Of a DNA stretch of 64,000 nt, positions 57,971 to 64,000 are shown piece by piece. The position numbers were made by a program, and so were the translations under genes. Location: assembly GCA_050951545.1 (NCBI GenBank), contig JBMNJG010000005.1, positions 160,001-224,000 on the forward strand, written 5' to 3'. Below the pieces are notes generated by a model that was not told the origin of the DNA, ran no database searches, and was given only the letters and a program-made list of their open reading frames with translations. Source of the DNA: Limnochordia bacterium. Its GTDB lineage: Bacteria; Bacillota; Limnochordia; DTU080. Within the stretch, counting starts at the first letter, position 1. The number at the start of each line of letters is the position of its first letter.

Positions 57971-58317
57971 GGGGGTTGGGGAAGGGCGGTTTTGTAGCCA
58001 ATGTGTAGCCAACAGGTTCTGCCACGAAGGCTAGGGTATGTACCAAGGCGGTTGTCGAGCAGTCGGGTCGACGCGTCGAACCCGAACCTAGATGCAGCCG
58101 CACACTAATCTATCTGTAGCTTGCGTAATAAGGGACGCTTTGGTGAATATCCATAAAAAGAAACAGGAAAATCCTTCTAGGGTGTGGTAATACTATCCGG
58201 ACATTGAAGCCGCCTACTCGGATGTCCCAGTTACCCGCGGAGATGTGCGCTTGGTCGCGCTAAGCAACAAGAGGTATCCATGTCGATGATGCCACGCCTT
58301 GAATATCAGGGAGGTCC

Positions 58318-59346
58318 TTGATCATGAAAGAGAAAGCTGACCTCGTTCTAGAAGGAGGCGGGGTCAAAGCCATCGCCTTAGTAGGAGCCCTCAACTACGC
58401 CGAATCACAGGGGTACCACTGGAACAACATAGCCGGTACCTCAGCCGGGGCTCTCGTCGGTGCACTCCTAGTAGCTGGGTACTCAGGTAACGCCCTGAAA
58501 GACATGGTGCTCAATATGGATTTCACCGCCCTGTGCGACAAGCGCCTTATCCAACGTCTGCCTGTCGTAGGTCCGGCGGCTGCTGTGGGTCTCTACATGG
58601 GCCTGTGTCGCGGGCAAGCGCTCGAGACGTGGATCCGTGACATACTACTCAACAAGGGCGTGCGTACGTTCGGGGATCTAAAGGTGTATGATGAGCACAA
58701 TCCGCGCTACCGCTATCGCCTGCAAGTCATCGCCTCAGATCTCACACGCGGCCGCATGCTGGTACTGCCCGACGACATGAGGGCCTACGGGCTTAATCCC
58801 GACCAAATGGAGGTGGCCCAAGCCATACGCATGAGCACAAGTATCCCTTTCTTCTACGAGCCCGTTGTGCTGCGTTACGGCAGACTACACAACAAGAGCA
58901 GCTACGTCGTTGACGGCGGCGTACTCAGCAACTACCCTGTCTGGCTCTTCGACTGCCCCCAGTACCGGGCGCCTCGCTGGCCTACCATCGGACTGCGACT
59001 CGTCGACCCGCGAGCAGCACACCCCAACAAAATCAGAGGGCCGTTATCCTTGCTTACGGCCCTGTTCTCAACCATGCTAGAAGCGCATGACGCCCGCCAC
59101 GTCAAAGAGGCCAACTTCGTGCGCACTGTTGCGATAAATACCCTCGGTGTGCGAACCGTCGATTTCGGCATTCCGACAGCCACCCGTCTGCGACTGTATG
59201 ATTCCGGCGTCTCGGCAGCACGAACCTTCCTCAAGACTTGGGACTTCGAGACCTACAAGAACCGCTACAGGCTTCCCCAAACACTAACTACTTTCTCTCG
59301 GGCAGAACGTACTCCGACAACGAGAACAGCGCACCTGCTGCCCTAG
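58318..59346 (+). CDS. Patatin-like phospholipase
   Basis: EGGGVKA, GTSAG and DGG catalytic motifs. Confidence 0.92.
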   Translation: MIMKEKADLVLEGGGVKAIALVGALNYAESQGYHWNNIAGTSAGALVGALLVAGYSGNALKDMVLNMDFTALCDKRLIQRLPVVGPAAAVGLYMGLCRGQALETWIRDILLNKGVRTFGDLKVYDEHNPRYRYRLQVIASDLTRGRMLVLPDDMRAYGLNPDQMEVAQAIRMSTSIPFFYEPVVLRYGRLHNKSSYVVDGGVLSNYPVWLFDCPQYRAPRWPTIGLRLVDPRAAHPNKIRGPLSLLTALFSTMLEAHDARHVKEANFVRTVAINTLGVRTVDFGIPTATRLRLYDSGVSAARTFLKTWDFETYKNRYRLPQTLTTFSRAERTPTTRTAHLLP

Positions 59347-60027
59347 TAGATCCTCCGGCACATCATACTCCTGCTGACAATGAGGACAGACGCTCTTTTT
59401 GGGTGACAAGCCAGGCGAGTACTTGCGCCCAGGATACAACACGACGGTCGACCGCGGTGCCACAAAAGAGGCCCGGACCAGTCCTACCTCGGCCACTGGT
59501 TCTTCCTGGCTCTCCTTGCCCAACACCGTCTCAGCCAACCGCCGCCCTTCACTGAGCGCCAGTGACCATATTTTCTTGACCTCTTCGACTAGAATAGGTC
59601 GCCCAGCCCGTTTCTGGTCAAAGTAGTACTCCGCAATACGTCCTATAGCATAGCTAGACGCAAACACCAGGGGGGCCGCCATGAGCCCTCCCGCGGTTGG
59701 AAGACCCAGCTTATAGAGACTAGCCATCCCATGTTGGGCAAGTAACCCCAAACCGACCATGCCACCGAGTTCCTTCAGGATATCTTCCGCTTGCTTCTTG
59801 CTGATAGGGAATCCCTTTATTTCGCCTATTTTGGCGGCCATGAATACCTGTACAGGGGTGTGTACCAGCACGTCAACAAAAGGGAGCGGCTGAATGGCAA
59901 GCCCCGCGCATACTGCTGCCGTAAGAAAGATCACCCTTTGCACCCGTGCAGCCTCAGCCAAACGAGGGTCATCACTCTCACGCAGTTGGGCTTCAAAGGT
60001 TCTTCGCAGCTCGTCGGCCCGTCGCAT
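59284..60027 (-). CDS. DUF697/YcjF-like membrane-associated protein with C-terminal MJ0042-type zinc finger
   Basis: AIQPLPFVD...VQV.M..KIG.I.G pattern; C-terminal CPHCQQEYDVPEDLLGQQVRCSRC. Confidence 0.7.
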   Translation of the reverse strand: MRRADELRRTFEAQLRESDDPRLAEAARVQRVIFLTAAVCAGLAIQPLPFVDVLVHTPVQVFMAAKIGEIKGFPISKKQAEDILKELGGMVGLGLLAQHGMASLYKLGLPTAGGLMAAPLVFASSYAIGRIAEYYFDQKRAGRPILVEEVKKIWSLALSEGRRLAETVLGKESQEEPVAEVGLVRASFVAPRSTVVLYPGRKYSPGLSPKKSVCPHCQQEYDVPEDLLGQQVRCSRCRSTFCPRESS

Positions 60028-60159
60028 TGAATTCTGCCCTCCCCGCAACTCGAGCGACGCTCAGAAAACCTGTCCACGTTCCTCTTCAACTACATTCTAC
60101 CTGTTACAGGAGTACCCTGGTAGACCACATGACCCGATAAGGTAAAAAGAGTTGCCATC

Positions 60160-62046
60160 TTAGGGATTAGCTGTCTCTGGAGTCGCCTGCTTCTCTTGGT
60201 CCACAAGTATGTCTGCGAGGTGGTTAGGCCAACTGGTGATGATCCCATCTGCATCTGCCTGAATCAGTTGCTTCATCGCCTGCTTGTTATCGGCAATCCC
60301 GACATGAACCTGCATGCCCACACGATGTGCAAGTCGAATGAGCGCCGGGCTTGCCAGTTGCAGAACACCCAGGCGTTGCGGTATCCGCAAGTAACGAGCT
60401 GGTGGCCTGTAAAACACGCCTACCCCTAGACGAGCCATGACGACGAAACGCTTCACTTCTTCTCGGGACAGTGCAGTCGGAATCTCAGGAGCCAGGGTTC
60501 GGAAATACTGTATGGTGGGACCATCTTCTGAGGTCACGATGACGCGGTGACGGGCGCTTGCAGCGTCGAGTACGCCGAGCAGGTTGCGAGCGATATCCTC
60601 ACCACTATCCCTGATATCCACACTGAAGCGAGCTGAGGGATAAGCCAGAAGCACCGCCTCCAACGTGGGTATTCGTACATTGCGACCGCGGTAGGGATAG
60701 CTATTACCATCCAGAGTAAAGCGGTACCCTGCATCGAGCTCTCGTAACTCGGCTACTGGCATGTCGCCCACGGCACCGCTGACCTCAGTAACACCATCGA
60801 GACGCTCCTCGGCAAAAACCACGAGAACACCGTCCATACTGCGGCGAACATCAAGCCCCAATAGGTTTGCTCCGGCCTGCAGCCCTTGTCCAAATGCAGC
60901 GATAGTATTGCCTGGCGCCAAACCCGCAGCACCCTGATGTCCAATCACTACCGGATCCTGCTCAAATTCGAGTCCTGGAAGAAATTGAGTCGAGCGGGGC
61001 AGCTCCGTTACGGTGGACATCCTATCCGGGAGGTGTTCTGCGGTCTCGAGCGTCATAAGTGAGATTCCGATGGCTAGCAGGCCACAGAGGGCCGCTGCCA
61101 TAGCAGAGGAGATTGTCGGCTGAGGCCACTTACTGGGGAGTGGCACGTCAGCGGGAATGGGGTACCCCTTGCCGGGATCCTCCTCATCGGTTGACGGGGG
61201 CTGGGCTGGGCCCAGACCCACATAGCGAAAGAGCGCTGGTGCACCAACCGTGACCCACATCGTCAGCGCACAGTAGGCGAGCATAGAGGCAATGCCGGGT
61301 GCGACAAACCTCCTGCTGACAAGCCAATGGCCCAGCATCAGGCTAGGCCAGCCGAGTGCTAGCCGACCGAGGACTACTCCTGGCGATGGGCGTGCTTCAC
61401 TGTCATCAGGCACATGCCGTGTAACCCCAGTGAGCAACACCCCCATAGCCACACCAGCTATACGAAAGGCATCGTCAGATTGCACCAGAAAAGCCGCCAC
61501 ATACGGCAGCAAGACGCTGTACAGCCAGTCACGCAACCTCGGCTGAGATGGCACTGTAGCCCGATGGACTCGCCGCACAAAGAAGACAGCAATAGCTACG
61601 CCGATAATGATCCCCGCGCAGACCTGATACAGATAGTGCACGCCCAGGTACAAACGAGACAAAGAGATCATGAAAACAACCAACAGGGCACCTGTCGTCA
61701 TGATCGTGCTCCGAGCGTAGAGGGCTAGAAAGCCCCACACGGTGGCAGCCAGCTGAGCGTGGCCTGACGGGAAGCCCGAGCTCCACTCGTAAACCATCAC
61801 ACGTAGCAGTTCGTCCGACGGCCTGGGAATTCCGAGAGCGTCTTTGAGTACACTGCTTACCCACACAGACGTAAGGAGGGCAAGCAACAAACTCCTTCCA
61901 ACGTGTCGGTTCACACACCACAAGACAAACGTAACCAGCAACAGATAGGCAAACTCATTGCCCAAGGCTGATGCCGAGCGGAAAAACCAATCAAGGCTAG
62001 GGATGGAGAATCGCTGTAGCCAGATATTTACGGCCTCGGAGAACAA
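60160..62046 (-). CDS. PAP2 membrane phosphatase fused to a degenerate glycerophosphodiester phosphodiesterase domain
   Basis: PAP2 motifs KDALGIPRP, FPSGH and SRLYLGVH; GDPD-fold C-terminus (LDAGYRF, IPTLE, ADGIIT). TTG start after GGGAGGGG. Confidence 0.85.
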   Translation of the reverse strand: MFSEAVNIWLQRFSIPSLDWFFRSASALGNEFAYLLLVTFVLWCVNRHVGRSLLLALLTSVWVSSVLKDALGIPRPSDELLRVMVYEWSSGFPSGHAQLAATVWGFLALYARSTIMTTGALLVVFMISLSRLYLGVHYLYQVCAGIIIGVAIAVFFVRRVHRATVPSQPRLRDWLYSVLLPYVAAFLVQSDDAFRIAGVAMGVLLTGVTRHVPDDSEARPSPGVVLGRLALGWPSLMLGHWLVSRRFVAPGIASMLAYCALTMWVTVGAPALFRYVGLGPAQPPSTDEEDPGKGYPIPADVPLPSKWPQPTISSAMAAALCGLLAIGISLMTLETAEHLPDRMSTVTELPRSTQFLPGLEFEQDPVVIGHQGAAGLAPGNTIAAFGQGLQAGANLLGLDVRRSMDGVLVVFAEERLDGVTEVSGAVGDMPVAELRELDAGYRFTLDGNSYPYRGRNVRIPTLEAVLLAYPSARFSVDIRDSGEDIARNLLGVLDAASARHRVIVTSEDGPTIQYFRTLAPEIPTALSREEVKRFVVMARLGVGVFYRPPARYLRIPQRLGVLQLASPALIRLAHRVGMQVHVGIADNKQAMKQLIQADADGIITSWPNHLADILVDQEKQATPETANP

Positions 62047-62089
62047 GTTTCTCCCCTCCCGCGACGCTCTCGCCCTCAGCTGGGCTCGT

Positions 62090-62806
62090 CTACGGGCCCA
62101 GCAAGACCCGAGCGTGCTGGTCCAAGGCATCCTTTACATAGGTATCCCAGTAGTCCCAGCTGTGGACGCCTGTATGCTCCCGATAGGTGTGAGCAATGCC
62201 TACCTGCTTGAGATGATCACGGAATCTGCGATTCTGTTCTATAAGGAAATCTTCAGTGCCGCAATCAAAACCGATCACTGGCAGTTCCTTGTCCACAGCC
62301 GCCACGGCCAGAGCATAGATATCGCCTTCCGCGCTCGCAGGGAAGACATGCCCTCTGGCCGCCATCTCGTCCTCAGTCCATACCGCTGAGGAGTGCGCCC
62401 ATACAGAAGCAAATCGTTCGGGGTATTTGAGGGCCAGGCGTAGGCTGCCAAAACCACCCATCGACAGACCTCCGATGGCAGCCTTGCCTGCTCGGACGTT
62501 GTATGTACTACTCAGATGCTGAGCTAGATCCTGCATAATGAAGTCCTCATAGCGATCCCGAGCGCCTACGTTCATCCAGAAACTCAGGGCCCCATCCGGC
62601 ATGACTACCAGGAACGGCAGCTTCGCCACGTGCCGGGCGAGGTTGCTCCGGTTGAGCCAGGCGGCGTGATCGTCGGAGGCTCCGTGGAGCTGATACAAGA
62701 CAGGATACGGGCCGGGCCCAACCTCTTGAGCATCGGGCAATATGGCACTGTAGGTCACATGACGCCCCAACGAGCGGCTTCTCATCTGTACCGTAGCGAT
62801 ATTCAT
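62090..62806 (-). CDS. Esterase family alpha/beta hydrolase (tributyrin esterase / S-formylglutathione hydrolase-like)
   Basis: PYPVLYQLHG, GGLSMGGFG, DCGTEDFL and GVHSWDYW motifs. Confidence 0.9.
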   Translation of the reverse strand: MNIATVQMRSRSLGRHVTYSAILPDAQEVGPGPYPVLYQLHGASDDHAAWLNRSNLARHVAKLPFLVVMPDGALSFWMNVGARDRYEDFIMQDLAQHLSSTYNVRAGKAAIGGLSMGGFGSLRLALKYPERFASVWAHSSAVWTEDEMAARGHVFPASAEGDIYALAVAAVDKELPVIGFDCGTEDFLIEQNRRFRDHLKQVGIAHTYREHTGVHSWDYWDTYVKDALDQHARVLLGP

Positions 62807-62942
62807 CAGTGCTGGCCTCCCATAGCTAGTCATCTCAGTTCTGGTCAGACCCGAAATTGTGAAGATCCCCATCGGATCACGCATGTCTACATAAGTAATA
62901 AGCCCCGAGGCGTGTACACACAACCGCGGGGCTCATTTTCTA

Positions 62943-63037
62943 TGGCGGAAGGGGAGGGATTCGAACCCTCGGTAGGAGTTTATGCCCCTACTACAGTTTA
63001 GCAAACTGCCGCCTTCGACCAGCTCGGCCACCCTTCC
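62943..63037 (-). tRNA. tRNA-Ser(GCT)
   Basis: Minus-strand cloverleaf with long variable arm, anticodon loop TTGCTAA, GGTTCGAATCC, G discriminator and CCA; upstream TTGACT-N18-TACACT promoter. Confidence 0.95.
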
Positions 63038-63234
63038 GCATGATACAGCCACAGTGTAGCACATCGGCTTCGGATCAGTCAACGCCTCTTTTGCCGGTAC
63101 CGCAGACTTTATGGGGCAATACCCGCCATCCATGGCAGGAACTGTGCCCATAGAGGCTAAACGTTCTGTATAGACGCGCCCCCTGTCTGAAGGGTACCAC
63201 GTCAGAAATGCCGCGTAAAGAGATACGCTAAGGA

Positions 63235-63600
63235 GTGAGCGCATTGGCAACACCGCCCCCCGGACTCGCAGTTTTCGCGCGTCCGCAGATCGATTGGTCC
63301 GACTTGGGCAAGGAAGTGGGTCTAGGTGCCATCTTCGGTTTTGCCGTAGGCTATGCCGCAAAAAAAGCTATGAAGGTGGTTCTTGTCGTTGCGGGCGTGC
63401 TCCTGCTTTTGGCAGTGCTTTTCGAGCAAAAGGGGATCATCGCTGTCAAATGGGACGTACTTGAGGCCACCTATGCTCGCACAGTGAAGCCACGCGCTGT
63501 GACAGGCGCACTAACCCAGTTTGCCCAACGCCTTGGCCGCCTTATCCCCGTGTCAGGCGGGTTCGTCGCGGGATTCGTGCTTGGGTTCCGCAGCGGATAA
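63235..63600 (+). CDS. FUN14-family small membrane protein
   Basis: GAIFGFAVGYAAKK...GII.VKW...GGFVAGFVLGF. Confidence 0.8.
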   Translation: MSALATPPPGLAVFARPQIDWSDLGKEVGLGAIFGFAVGYAAKKAMKVVLVVAGVLLLLAVLFEQKGIIAVKWDVLEATYARTVKPRAVTGALTQFAQRLGRLIPVSGGFVAGFVLGFRSG

Positions 63601-63607
63601 GCCAGTG

Positions 63608-64000
63608 CTAGATTCGCCTGGCCACATACACATGCCGCGTGTCCGTCTCCTGCGCCGGAGATCCATCGGTTCGAACCACCTCCAACACCTTGAATTCTGC
63701 CTGCTCTAACAGATGGATGACCTCGGGCATGTAGTAGCCGCACTCAACATGGACTTCAGTGAAACGTTCGTATAGATCTCCACATTGGACAAAAAACGTT
63801 GCAGTGAGGGTCCCTGTATGCGTCACTGGCTCGTACGCATTTTGCCAGATATATACCACGTCGCCGTGATCCTCAACAAATGCATTGTTGCCCCACAGAT
63901 GGCCCAGAGCATAAACGCTATTCATGTCGAAGACAAAAAGGCCACCGCTCTCAAGACAGGCCGCTGTACAGCGAAAGGTGGCCAAGAGATCCTCTTCACG
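63608..64000 (-). CDS. Class I SAM-dependent methyltransferase (3' part only)
   Basis: LESGGLFVFDMNS, YIWQN and YERFTEVH motifs; the 5' end is outside the window. Confidence 0.8.
   Translation of the reverse strand, partial: REEDLLATFRCTAACLESGGLFVFDMNSVYALGHLWGNNAFVEDHGDVVYIWQNAYEPVTHTGTLTATFFVQCGDLYERFTEVHVECGYYMPEVIHLLEQAEFKVLEVVRTDGSPAQETDTRHVYVARRI

Noticed and set aside
58318-59346. Patatin as a CBASS (CapV-like) defence effector
   Set aside because: No CD-NTase or other defence genes are adjacent; it looks like a stand-alone patatin.
151-63743. Numerous long antisense or alternate-frame ORFs (e.g. 37788-38582, 53419-54276, 10682-11398)
   Set aside because: Shadow ORFs of well-supported genes, expected in GC-rich DNA.

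Overview
A 64-kb, fairly GC-rich chromosomal window. Gene content (sigma-H-like promoters, Rex, [FeFe]-hydrogenases, DegV, yitJ-metH, many sugar-binding proteins) points to an anaerobic Bacillota member, possibly Limnochordia-like; that assignment is inference. Most of it is recognisable metabolism: trkAH, glnS, potABCD, a Rex-boxed hfsA-hydS-hfsC-hydCBA-rex hydrogenase operon, two amino-sugar-type clusters, hisG, a fluoride-riboswitch-controlled antiporter-USP gene, an ABC exporter, secreted glycan enzymes, yitJ-metH, tRNA-Arg(ACG) and tRNA-Ser(GCT). The most unusual locus is about 55.7-58.1 kb: one gene encoding two tandem winged-HTH modules plus a Vsr/DUF559-like nuclease, inside a nest of non-coding repeats. 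These comprise a 40-nt motif with a covarying hairpin (once upstream, three times downstream), a 104-bp tandem duplication, inverted repeats bracketing the ORF, and another inverted copy beyond the adjacent tRNA-Arg. It may be an undescribed repeat-associated selfish or mobile nuclease system. Other points of interest are a PAP2 phosphatase fused to an apparently dead GDPD domain, a second structured repeat flanking an ABC ATPase gene, and widespread sigma-H-like promoters. All calls come from reading the sequence by eye; no database searches were run.
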